Virus record (IMG/VR): IMGVR_UViG_3300043010_000145
DNA from: a virus
Taxonomy: Duplodnaviria > Caudoviricetes
Reading direction: 5' to 3' (one strand)
Length of the DNA stretch: 64,000 nt
In this document: piece after piece, positions 20,614 through 31,299 of the stretch
How the letters are laid out: every line of letters begins with the position of its first letter
Position numbering within the stretch: the stretch's first letter is position 1
Made by a program: the position numbers and the translations under genes
Notes under the pieces: model-generated
What the model saw: the letters and a program-made list of their open reading frames with translations, nothing else
Told to the model about the DNA's origin: nothing
Database searches by the model: none

Positions 20614-23600
20614 TTGATTAATTTGGGGTGTTTAAAGCGAACATTTACGGTTTTTACAGCCTTATTTATAGTATTGTGCAGTTCTATCACTATGTTGTTT
20701 GCTGAAGAGCAAGAGTCATTAAAAAAGCAATATCATGACGCAAACACTTTTAATAAAGATTTAGAGAATTTTGAGTGGGGTGATGTTAGAACATATCCTA
20801 CGGAAACCATTGGTTGGTTATCTAATGCTATAAGTAAGGGTTATATTAAATATACAACAGATGCTGAACGTGGCGGTTCTTCTATTTATGCAAAGAACGG
20901 AAATACATCAAATTCAAAGTGTCATAGTTTCCGACAAGAGTACTCTAACGGGTATTTTTCCCCGCAGGGTGGCCACACAAAAGCTACAATTAGTTCTAAG
21001 TTGCGAGTAGCAACTTATGATGATTACAATAATTCACCAAGCTACAAAGCATTTCTCAATAATTTCGATGTTATTATAACGAATCATAATGAAAGTCGAA
21101 CAAATACATCCGTGGAGAGTTATTGGGCCATAGATAACGATATGTGGACTTTCTTTAATACTAGCTATAATGACAACATATATGTATATTATAAAGAGGG
21201 TGCTTTCTATAATGGTGAATATTATGACGTAAAGGCATATTACTGGACTGAAAGTACAGTAGAGGATTCCACAGATGTACCTATTCGTTATTCTGTGTTA
21301 TCTAGTGGTTCTATCTCAAATGGTTGGGCTGGCTCTGCTAGGAACGCACAAGCATTTACACAGGTGCATTGTAAGTTTTATTTCTTTAAATCATCTGATT
21401 ATCCTAATGCAAATGCAGATAATGCCCCTGCTAATTCTAAGGCAGTTGATTTTAAAGGTGTGTTTGGTATAACAGATTTAGATGCTGGGGAAGGTGTAAA
21501 ATTTATAAGCGGTGTGCAGTCTGACGAGAATGTGTATTTATATCAAAATACATTTGTTAAGAAGGCCACAGAGAGTACAATTCATGGTTTATTTAATGAG
21601 TTTTTCAATACGCAAAATTCTAGTACAGAAGATGGTGTTATTACTGCAAATGATGAAGAGTTAAACTTATTATATATTCAGGCTATGAAAGGCGGGGCTT
21701 CGAGTATTAACACTACAAATTGCCCATTTATTGCTACAACAGGTTTCAATACTACAACACATAAGTATGATTTAGCTAAAAGCACAGTCCCAACCAGTAT
21801 TTCTGGTACAGACGGTTCTTATGCTTTAACATATGTTGGTTCTTTTGATAATGTGAGTAGTAATTATTTATTAGGTAATGATGTGGAATCTATGATGCTC
21901 TGGGCGGAATTTTCCTCCACAGCTTCCGAGCCATTTGAAATAACTTATTTTAGTCCAAGTACTCGTTGCACAGATATTGCTTATAAAGGTCTAACTATTA
22001 ATTATAAGGCGAAAGTAGAAGATAATAATTGCTTGTCTAGCAGTAAGAAAACTACAACCGATTTAGCCACAGATTATGCAGATTATTATGGTACATATAC
22101 TTTACGTACCTTAGACGACACAAGTACTGATGGTTATACTGCTGAAAAATCTTTACTGCAAAAAGTAAAAGCAGAATATGGTGATGGTTACACTGTACAG
22201 GGTATTTATACAGATTCTACATTTAAAACACTAGCACCCGCAAGTGTAAGTTTAGGTGAAACTGACTTAACCTACTATGTCCTTGTTACACCAACCTACA
22301 ATGTAACTGCCGTAACAGATGCTGGTGCAACTCTGCTAACAGACGCTTCGGTTACAGGTCTAGCGGAAACATCTTCTACCAACACAAAGCTTGTGGAGGG
22401 CAGTACTGCAACCACTGTTAAATGGGAAGCAAAGAAAGGGTATATCATATCTGACGTAAAGATAGAAGCAATTCCCGCCACAGATACCGATTATTATGGT
22501 AATAGCAGTAAGATAAAAGATGTATCTAATACAGCGTATGCAAACAAGAATTATACATTGACAAGCGGTTCTGTTCAGATATGCGAGAAAGATGAAGATA
22601 ATATTCATAGAAATTACAAGGTAACTATATCTACGGTGGCCATAGGTTCTAAAGAAGATACTACATCTTTTGCATTAGAAGTTCCCGTCACATTTGAATT
22701 AACAAAAACGGATAGTGCCAATTCCAGTTTATTGCTAGAAGGAGCTACTTATGATGTTACATTCATGAAGGATTCAAAAGCAGTAACCACAGTGCAGGCT
22801 ACAACAGATGCAACAGGAAAATTAAGTGCAACTGCCGTTGTAGATTCTTACACGTATTCCAAATCTTTTGATACCACTAAATCATATATTGCGGGAACAT
22901 TGCCAAAGACGTATTCCAGTACAACACAGCAAGCATTGGTACAGAATGCAATTTCCAGCGGTAATTATTATGCAAATGAAAGTGCGGCATTAGCAGCATC
23001 TAAGGCTTTACGAGAAGAAGATTGGTTGAATGCAATAAAGAATAGAACTTCCAATATTACGGTGAAATATAAAGAAACGTCAGCACCATCCGGGTATGAA
23101 TTGTCTAGTAAAGAAAAGACTACATCAAGCATTACAGTGAATTCATATGCTGCCGATTCCAGTGGTGTGTATAAGCCTACAACAACAGTAAAACTTACTG
23201 CAACTGATACAAACACACCATATAGTGGTACACGAAAGACAGTTTCTAAGAGTGCTACTTATAATGTTTCTGTGCCTGTAAGTTTCCAAGTTACAAAGAA
23301 AGATGGCAGCACGAATGATTTATTATCTGGTGCAGATTTCTCAATCACAGGTACTATCTCTTCAAATACAACAGGTGTGAATTTGTCTTTAGCAAATTCT
23401 ACATCGACAGGTACAACAGATAGTAATGGTGTAGTAACTTATTCAACAAACTTGACGGGTTCGTTTACGAAAAATGCTACATGCTATTATTATGATTTAT
23501 CTTCCTTAGCAGGCTCTGCTAAAACAGAAGCACAGAAAGAGATAGATTCTAATAGTAATGTTTTTGCAACACAAGCGGAAGCAGAAGCGGCTGCATTAAA

Positions 23601-26283
23601 AGAAGTGGAAAGTGCTGCCCAAACAACGGCTAACGCATTAAAAGATGTCGAATTAACTTTTAAAGCAACAGAAACAAAAGCACCAAGCGGGTATAATCTT
23701 CCAGCAAATGCTGCCACAAGTAAAACTGCTACATTGGGTGAGTTGACATATGACAGTACTAAGAAACTATTTAGTACGAATGTTTCAGCAAAAACAGATG
23801 TTACAAATACAGCCACAGATGGTGTAACAGCTAAAACGTCTGCTAGCAGTACATATACTTACGAGATTCCAGTTACATTTACTTTAACAAAGACGGATGA
23901 AGCAAAGAATACACCATTAGCCAATGCAACATATTCGGTTGCTATGAACGTAGTTGACCCAACAGGCACTGTAACTTTACCAAATACATCTTCACAATCT
24001 GTAACAACGAATGATAAAGGTGAAGCAACAGTTACAAACACTTTGACAGGTACATTCCAGTTGGAAACTGGTCAATATAGCTATTATACAGACTACAGTT
24101 CTTTAAAAGGTGAAGCTTTAACAAAAGCAACAGCTGCTATTGATAATAAAACAGTATTTAAAACAAAAGAAGACGCAGATGCAAAAGCGAAACAAGATTT
24201 AGCTGAGTTATTGAAAGCAAAGCAAGAATCTTTAAAGACAATTTCTGTAAGTTATACGGCAACAGAAACAAAAGCACCAGACGGGTATACTTTGAGTTCC
24301 ACAGAGCTTACTACAAATGCAGTAAGTCCTACGGATGTTCAAGTGAACGGTACAAAATTATCTTCCACTATTTCCTTAAACTTAGAAGCAACAGATAAAC
24401 CAATTGAGCCAAGTATTGATGTGATTCAAGCTGTTGCAAATGAGTTTACATATAAAATTCCTCTTGAAACAACTTTGAAGAAAGTAAATGCAGAAACAAA
24501 TGACGGTTTGCAAGGTGCTGAGTTTACAATTCAAAGTAAATTAGGTGAAGATAACTTTACAGATACAGTTACACAAACAACTGACGATAATGGCTTATTA
24601 ACAGATACTCGTGAAATTACAGACACGTTTAAAGTCAAAACTTCTGCTTATTTGTATTATACAAATTATGATTCACTCGTAAGTACTGCCAAGATTGATG
24701 CTGATGCCAAGATAGCTTCCGGCGAAGTTTATAAGACAAAAGCAGACGCTGAGGCAGCAAGAGATGCAGAAATAACAAAGCTTTTAGAAGAATATACAGA
24801 AAAAAATATCACATCGCAATCTGTACAAGTACAAGCAACTGAAATTAAAGCTCCAACAGGTTATGTATTAGATATGACTGCACATGTAAGTGATGAGGTG
24901 AAACCGTCTAATTATACACTTAACGGTTCAACATTAACGTATGAAACAGTTAAATTTGATTTAGGTACAATCAAGAATGTGCAATATCTTGTTGAAAAAG
25001 TAGATAAGTCTAATACTTCCCTAGAAAATGCAGAATTGCAAGTTGTAGATTCCAGTGATACTGTAATTGATTCTTGGGTATCAGCAGCAGAGCCACATGC
25101 TGTTGATGGTTTAAAAGCAAATCAGACATATACTTTAGTGGAAACAAAAGCTCCGAAAGGGTATGCTATTGCAAAGCCTATTGAATTTACAACAGATGCT
25201 GAGGCTACCACAAAAGTAACTATGACAGATGTGAAGATTTCTATTTCTTTATTAGATGAGCATGATATGCCAGTGGAAGGTGCACAGTTACAATTGACTG
25301 ATGAAGATGGGAATGTAATTGCCACTTGGACTGTAACAGACGAACCTTATATTCCAGAAGGTTTAGAAGTTGGTAAAAAATATACTATTACCGAAATCTA
25401 TACACCGGATGGTTTTAATCAAATGCAGCCATATACTTTCACAGTTGGCGAAGAAGATATGAATATTGTTGTAAGAAATGGAGCAACTTTACTTTATAAG
25501 AAATCGCCTGATGAGAAAGAAGTAAAAGGTGCAGAATTGCAGCTTGAATCTAAAGACGGTACAGTAATAGATTCTTGGGTATCTGGGCAAGAGATTGTGC
25601 AATTAACGGATGAGTTGAAGCAAGAAGCAGATACAACAGGTGTTGCATATCTGATTGATAACAAGGAAGATACGCTATCCGTTTCTCTGAATAAAGAGCC
25701 TGATGAATCAAATAATTCTACCACCTTAGCAGATAGCTCTACTACTGTATCTGATATCGTATCTGAAACCACATCGGATACTGCCTTGGCAAGCGAAGAT
25801 GAAGATATTGTTTCTTACAATGAACCAAATAAACAGGCAAGTGATTCTGATGCAAATACTGAGAAAACGATTGTCATGCAGAAAATTAAACTAGCTTACA
25901 CAAAGAATTGCTATACTTTAATTACACAGTATAGTGATGATACTTGGACATATCAGGAAGTTAATGCGTATGGTAATGAAGCTGGGCATAGGGCAAGCCT
26001 TGTTGAAGGTGAAGAGTATTCTTTTGTAGAATCAAAAGCACCAAAAGGATACGAAGAAGCTGCTACGATTACATTTAAAGCAGAAGCTGAACAATCTTAT
26101 ACTTTAACTATGTATGACGAGTATCTCGTGGAAGGTGCAAGGAATAAAGCCGACACTGGTATTATGGGTAATAGTACTGTTATTGCAGTGGCTGCGATTG
26201 CTGCTGTGATATTGTTAGTCCTTATTCTTCTTGTTTTGAAAAAGAAAAAGAGTAAGCATACTTCCGATAATAGTTTGAATTGA
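20614..26283 (+). CDS. Cell-wall-anchored SpaA-repeat adhesin, paralog 2 (1889 aa)
   Basis: Same N-domain (WGDVRTY, GAFYNGEYYDVK, DLDAGEG) and repeats; ADTG, TM and KKKK tail. Confidence 0.9.
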   Translation: MINLGCLKRTFTVFTALFIVLCSSITMLFAEEQESLKKQYHDANTFNKDLENFEWGDVRTYPTETIGWLSNAISKGYIKYTTDAERGGSSIYAKNGNTSNSKCHSFRQEYSNGYFSPQGGHTKATISSKLRVATYDDYNNSPSYKAFLNNFDVIITNHNESRTNTSVESYWAIDNDMWTFFNTSYNDNIYVYYKEGAFYNGEYYDVKAYYWTESTVEDSTDVPIRYSVLSSGSISNGWAGSARNAQAFTQVHCKFYFFKSSDYPNANADNAPANSKAVDFKGVFGITDLDAGEGVKFISGVQSDENVYLYQNTFVKKATESTIHGLFNEFFNTQNSSTEDGVITANDEELNLLYIQAMKGGASSINTTNCPFIATTGFNTTTHKYDLAKSTVPTSISGTDGSYALTYVGSFDNVSSNYLLGNDVESMMLWAEFSSTASEPFEITYFSPSTRCTDIAYKGLTINYKAKVEDNNCLSSSKKTTTDLATDYADYYGTYTLRTLDDTSTDGYTAEKSLLQKVKAEYGDGYTVQGIYTDSTFKTLAPASVSLGETDLTYYVLVTPTYNVTAVTDAGATLLTDASVTGLAETSSTNTKLVEGSTATTVKWEAKKGYIISDVKIEAIPATDTDYYGNSSKIKDVSNTAYANKNYTLTSGSVQICEKDEDNIHRNYKVTISTVAIGSKEDTTSFALEVPVTFELTKTDSANSSLLLEGATYDVTFMKDSKAVTTVQATTDATGKLSATAVVDSYTYSKSFDTTKSYIAGTLPKTYSSTTQQALVQNAISSGNYYANESAALAASKALREEDWLNAIKNRTSNITVKYKETSAPSGYELSSKEKTTSSITVNSYAADSSGVYKPTTTVKLTATDTNTPYSGTRKTVSKSATYNVSVPVSFQVTKKDGSTNDLLSGADFSITGTISSNTTGVNLSLANSTSTGTTDSNGVVTYSTNLTGSFTKNATCYYYDLSSLAGSAKTEAQKEIDSNSNVFATQAEAEAAALKEVESAAQTTANALKDVELTFKATETKAPSGYNLPANAATSKTATLGELTYDSTKKLFSTNVSAKTDVTNTATDGVTAKTSASSTYTYEIPVTFTLTKTDEAKNTPLANATYSVAMNVVDPTGTVTLPNTSSQSVTTNDKGEATVTNTLTGTFQLETGQYSYYTDYSSLKGEALTKATAAIDNKTVFKTKEDADAKAKQDLAELLKAKQESLKTISVSYTATETKAPDGYTLSSTELTTNAVSPTDVQVNGTKLSSTISLNLEATDKPIEPSIDVIQAVANEFTYKIPLETTLKKVNAETNDGLQGAEFTIQSKLGEDNFTDTVTQTTDDNGLLTDTREITDTFKVKTSAYLYYTNYDSLVSTAKIDADAKIASGEVYKTKADAEAARDAEITKLLEEYTEKNITSQSVQVQATEIKAPTGYVLDMTAHVSDEVKPSNYTLNGSTLTYETVKFDLGTIKNVQYLVEKVDKSNTSLENAELQVVDSSDTVIDSWVSAAEPHAVDGLKANQTYTLVETKAPKGYAIAKPIEFTTDAEATTKVTMTDVKISISLLDEHDMPVEGAQLQLTDEDGNVIATWTVTDEPYIPEGLEVGKKYTITEIYTPDGFNQMQPYTFTVGEEDMNIVVRNGATLLYKKSPDEKEVKGAELQLESKDGTVIDSWVSGQEIVQLTDELKQEADTTGVAYLIDNKEDTLSVSLNKEPDESNNSTTLADSSTTVSDIVSETTSDTALASEDEDIVSYNEPNKQASDSDANTEKTIVMQKIKLAYTKNCYTLITQYSDDTWTYQEVNAYGNEAGHRASLVEGEEYSFVESKAPKGYEEAATITFKAEAEQSYTLTMYDEYLVEGARNKADTGIMGNSTVIAVAAIAAVILLVLILLVLKKKKSKHTSDNSLN

Positions 26284-26471
26284 TTGAAATAAAGGTTAGT
26301 ACTATGTACTAACCTTTACTATTTTTTTGAATTGCATTTTGTAACTCATACATTAAACATAGATTAAATAAATATAAATATTGAAAGTGAGATTATTTTT
26401 CACTTATATTTTTTACGTATTACAGGCATACTGCCACAAGTATAATTTATTTAAGAAAGGAACGGTATTTT

Positions 26472-26531
26472 ATGTTTATGTATAAATTTTTGGTTCATTG
26501 TGCTTCTCCTCCCCCCCTAATGTTCTATTAG
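26472..26531 (+). promoter_or_regulatory. Putative leader peptide MFMYKFLVHCASPPPLMFY with C7 tract
   Basis: AGAAAGGA upstream; its TCTCCTC is complementary to the GAGGAGA RBS of the downstream GTG-start gene. Confidence 0.4.
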
Positions 26532-26568
26532 TATTTCAATTTAGTAATATAGAGAGGAGAAAGATAAT

Positions 26569-28962
26569 GTGAAAAGATTAAAGAAACTTAGTGCAATTCC
26601 GTTAGCCTTCTTCACGGTATTGTGCTGTGCAATATCTACGATAACAATGAGTGCAGATACAACGAGTACGTCTAATCAGGTTACTTGGGGTGATATACGT
26701 ACTTATTCTAAAACGAATATGCCGAACTTAGAGGATATTGCAAGTAAAACTGACATCAAGAATCCTATAAAATTTTCTACTACGATTCAAAAGGGCGGTG
26801 CTAGCACTTATGCAAAGACGAGATTTGATAAGGAGTATTCCAGTGGGTATTTTTCACCACAACCTGGTGTTAATAGTGCTGCTGTACCGACTAGTGCATT
26901 GTTGTCTGGTTATTTTCATGGTTCTTATGTTGCATCTGAAAAAAGCGATTCTGAAAGAGCAGCAGATAATTATCAGTATTGGTATGATAACACAGTAATT
27001 TGGGAATTTAATAATACTAGTAAAAATTCTAATATTTTTGTTTATTATAAGAATGGTGCATTTTATAATGGGGAATATTATGACGTAAAAGTTTATTATT
27101 GGATGAGTACCACGGATGACGCAAAATCTGAGGAGTATTATCAAGTATTATCTAGTGGTTCTATTCAGGTTGTAAATAATAGAACGGCGGATAAAAATGA
27201 AAAAAATAAGGATTTTTCCCAGATTCATATGGAGATGTACTTCTACAAGTCTTCCGGCTCCGTTGCTTCTAAGGTAACATTTGCAGACAGTTCAAAGGGT
27301 TTTAAAGTAATTAATAATATTAATTCTGTACCAGCAGATAGTGCTGGTGAAGAGTTTAAAGGTGTTTTATGTCAGACAGATATGGACGCTGCTGAGGGCG
27401 TTTGGTTTAAACAAGGTGCTAATAACACAAGTGGTGTTAAGAGTGCAAGTAATGTTTTCTTGTCGGCTAATACTTTTATAAGGCGGGCGTTATCAGATGC
27501 TGATATGCATGGCTCTTTTTATGAATATTTAAATTCCAATGTGCATGATAATGATAATAATATAGGTAATATATATGAATATGCTACGCAAGATGGTGCG
27601 GATAATGATAGCACGTTAAAAACATTGCTACAAGCTTATGCTGCAAATACTAATTATGGTTTTAATTTAAGTACTTTTAAATACACGTATTCTGAAAGTT
27701 CTTCTGAGGTACCAGAGGAGTATTTAAATGCCATTACTCACCATGAGCTTATATTTGTAGGTTCTATTTCTAATGTTGGAAGTAACACTGGTTCTCATAT
27801 TTTAGGTAACAATCCTGAATATATGTCTTTATGGGCAGAGTTTTATACTACGGCAGGAAATCATCCATTCCAGATGGTCTACTTTACACCTCATTCTAGG
27901 GGTGGAGACCTTGCATATCGTGGCGTAGATATTAATTATAAGTATACAATTGTAGATAATAGTTGCACAGCAGACACAAAATCAGGTGATTTGAGTGCAG
28001 ACCATGCTACAGCTTATGGTACGTATGATATCTTATCTGCAACATCTATATATAATCAAGTTAAAAGTCTGCTTGGTACTGCATACAGTGTAGAAGGAAT
28101 TTATACGGACAAAAGTTTTAGTGCAAGCAGTAAAATAGCTGCCGGAAGTACAGTAGATTTAACAGATGTTGATGAAACATATTATGTAAAGTTAGTGCCA
28201 AATTATACAGTAACCACAGTTGCGGATTCACATTCAACTATAACAAAGTCTAGTGGAAATGTAAAAGAGGGGGATAGTTATACAGTTACATGGAAAGCAG
28301 ACGATGGGTATGTAATAAGTGATGTTAAAGTGGAAGCTACGGCTGCTTCAAATGCACCGTCTGGAACAACAACATCAAATGTTACAAATACCAGAATTAC
28401 ATCTAGTAATATAACAAATGGTACTATTACAGAAACAGGTGGTACACTCGTTATAAATGAGGGCGATGAAAAGTATGGCTCTTCAAAAGCACATAGAAAT
28501 TATACAATAACTGTAACTACTACTGAATTATTGAGTAAGGACGTATCATCAACGTATAGCTATGAAATTCCTTTAACTTTTACTTTAACGAAAAAAGATA
28601 GTGGTGATTCCAGCGTATTATTGCAAGGTGCAACGTATAGTTTAAAAGCCCTAGGAAAAGATTCAACTGATACATCTTATTCTACTAAAACAAGTGCTAC
28701 TGCTACTACAAATTCAAGTGGTAAGTTAACGTCTACAATGACTGTAGAAAAGAATACTGCTTATACTATCACAAGCCCAGTATCTTATATCGTAGCACCA
28801 ACACAATCAAATTGTAGTGCATTATATGACTTACTATGGAGTACGTATGTAATGTCAGACACTGTTATAAAAACTGTGGGTACAACAGAGAATGACAAGG
28901 AGTGGAATAATTTCCTAGCAAAGAAAGCTGAACGAAGTTCAGCCAAATCTAGCACAAAGTGA
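26569..28962 (+). pseudogene. Adhesin paralog 3, C-terminally truncated (no anchor)
   Basis: Homologous to paralogs 1 and 2 until EWNNFLAKK, then 11 unrelated codons and a stop in the middle of the first repeat. Confidence 0.75.
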
Positions 28963-29686
28963 ATATGATACCATAGGTTCAACTCGCACCACTGTTTTGC
29001 AAGGTGTAAGACATTGCTACCACCAAGGAATCTGCAACTATGTAAATTTTGTCTTAGACTGGCTTTCCAGTGTGCAAGATACGGTACACATTTGGGACAA
29101 AGGTTTCTATTCAAACACTCCCGCTTATGCCTTATATGTTGCGGTAGAAATGAGCCGCTGGATTGATGTCTACACACAAGATGAATGGCTCAATCTCTTT
29201 CTGCCCGACAATGTTCAACAGCAGTCTATGGCGAACAACTACTTATACTACAATGGAAACCAGCAAGACAGACCAGACCCGTTGATGACTTCCGTGAACT
29301 TGTGCTTATATCTTCACCAAATTATGTCTAGTGCTGCTTGTGCTTATGCAGTTGTGCCTTGTGCCGAGTGGGATGACCGTGGGCAACCTACTGCTCAATA
29401 TGTTTGTCTGTTCCGCATAGACCAGATGATGAAGCAAGGTTTGTTGAAATATGGAGCAGCACAAGACAGACGAGGATTACCAAACAATGGCGGTGGCGGT
29501 TTAGCACTTCCAAATAATCAAGCACAGGCTCAATTGGGTATGCAAGCACAAGCACAGCTTCCATATCATGCAAATACGGGCAATGGCAACCAGCTCCAAG
29601 TATATAACGATAGTACCAGCATCAATCAGCGAAAAGACTGGCGATTGTATTTAGATGATGTAAAGAAGCGGTTTTTGTATAAATAA
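28919..29686 (+). pseudogene. Probable 5'-truncated gene of unknown function (Gln/Asn-rich C-part)
   Basis: Frame of the 28997 ORF is open back to 28919, overlapping the adhesin end; no RBS before the TTG at 28997. Confidence 0.55.
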
Positions 29687-29746
29687 GAATTTTCACTACC
29701 GTAATTTTCTATATAATATGTACCTATTTGAAAGGAGATTTTAACT

Positions 29747-30055
29747 ATGTCTATGCCTAGACCTTTTACTATTCACTACCCAGAAGAAAAGAAATTCCCG
29801 TTCCAGTTAGACGGAGACGATATTATTGCAACTATTCCCGTAACTGTTGCAGGGCAAAAAGTTGCCGTACTCTATATTGAGGCTTATCCACAACGAGACG
29901 GAACATACAAATATGTGGCAGACCAGCAATACCCAGACGGTTTCGAGGAATCAATTACACCATATGCAACAAGCAAGGATGCTGTTCGTGGAGTTGTTGA
30001 ATATGTTCTTGGAAAACTCATTGGTGATGAAGTCAATAATTACAAATTAGACTAA
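29747..30055 (+). CDS. Hypothetical protein
   Basis: GAAAGGAG RBS, upstream TATAAT, terminator at 30066-30090. Confidence 0.8.
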   Translation: MSMPRPFTIHYPEEKKFPFQLDGDDIIATIPVTVAGQKVAVLYIEAYPQRDGTYKYVADQQYPDGFEESITPYATSKDAVRGVVEYVLGKLIGDEVNNYKLD

Positions 30056-30177
30056 TTCAGCATCTACCCGCCAAATCAGGCGGGTTTTCTTTGCTCTCAT
30101 ATTTTTTATTATTTTCGTACAAACACAATGTATATTTGAGAAAATACATATATTCACTAGAAGCAAAGGGGGAAATT

Positions 30178-30660
30178 ATGCGAAAAGATTTTGATTTAAC
30201 TAAAGGGTATGTTTACATAGAATCACTTTGTGGTATTCGTATTAAAACGAAATTCCTCAGTTCCCCATCTTATATTGCCCAATATCGTTATTTAACCAAT
30301 CCATTGAGTAAAGCAAAAGTGAAATTTTCCAGTGGGTCAAGAGTGGTATTTAGAGATGGTTTTCGCAAATATACTTTTATTGAATTTGATAAAAATCTTA
30401 TGCTGGAGGGTGATATTACTGCTGTAACAGATAAGATTGAGTTATTGCAAGAAAGTATGCCACCAGTAAATTTATGTAAGTTCCCTTATGTTACAAAAGA
30501 ACAAGAAAAGGCAGAAGAACTGATTCTTAGTGAAATGGCAGGCAATCCACATATCAAATATCTGTTTGGAAAGATAATCTTTTATAAGGTTTCAAAAAAA
30601 AAGATTGTGTACAATATCAAAGAGAACTCTTGGAAAGCAAAAGGGAGGATGATTCTGTGA
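30178..30660 (+). CDS. Hypothetical basic protein
   Basis: AAAGGGGG RBS before ATG 30178. Confidence 0.7.
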   Translation: MRKDFDLTKGYVYIESLCGIRIKTKFLSSPSYIAQYRYLTNPLSKAKVKFSSGSRVVFRDGFRKYTFIEFDKNLMLEGDITAVTDKIELLQESMPPVNLCKFPYVTKEQEKAEELILSEMAGNPHIKYLFGKIIFYKVSKKKIVYNIKENSWKAKGRMIL

Positions 30661-31037
30661 TTTTTACAAATTCTTTATATTTAGAGAAAGATGGTACAGG
30701 TGCTACAATTTCACAAAATATCAGGCTTCAAAAGGTATCGGGGATTTCAGACACAACAATTGTTCTTGATTTACGAGAAATGTTACAGGCAGCTTACGAG
30801 GATTGCAGAGAATTAGCAAGAAAAACAGAAAGTATTGAATCACATAGAAGTTATCAGTTATTTTCTGATTTAAGTTCTCTTGTAGAACAGGCATCTACAA
30901 TCACATTAGATGAGGAAACAGATACAGTGTTTTTATATAATACAGAGTTATCTGTTTGTGCAGGATATAATTATAAGACAAATGAATGGGTATCGTACAC
31001 TTATCCATGCTCATCTTATGTAGGAAGAATAGACTAG
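30657..31037 (+). CDS. Hypothetical acidic protein, translationally coupled
   Basis: GGAGG RBS; GTG overlaps the TGA of the previous gene. Confidence 0.7.
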   Translation: MIFTNSLYLEKDGTGATISQNIRLQKVSGISDTTIVLDLREMLQAAYEDCRELARKTESIESHRSYQLFSDLSSLVEQASTITLDEETDTVFLYNTELSVCAGYNYKTNEWVSYTYPCSSYVGRID

Positions 31038-31046
31038 TATAAATAC

Positions 31047-31184
31047 AAAAAGAAAAACCCCGCATCAGCATTATGCGAGGTTTTTCTAATATCTAAAAAG
31101 GTTTTTCTTGTGATTCACGCCACCACAGATTGAATGATGCGAAGGAGGAAACTTACGCATTTTACAGGAACCTTTTACCTGTTA
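31047..31184 (-). ncRNA. Candidate sRNA with an anti-Shine-Dalgarno loop
   Basis: Minus-strand promoter TTGACA-17-TACAAT (31218-31190); hairpin AUGCG-[UAAGUUUCCUCCUU]-CGCAU; terminator at 31047-31086. Confidence 0.55.
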
Positions 31185-31299
31185 ATAGTATTGTATACCT
31201 TTTCGTTTTGCCTGTCAACACATAAAACAACAGTTTCCATTAAATTTTCTACACATTCTTGTATAATATACATAGATAAACAAAGAAAGGAGCTAACCA

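Noticed and set aside
13497-25772. Many minus-strand ORFs inside the adhesins (likewise inside 51309-59369)
   Set aside because: Antisense shadows of long codon-biased genes
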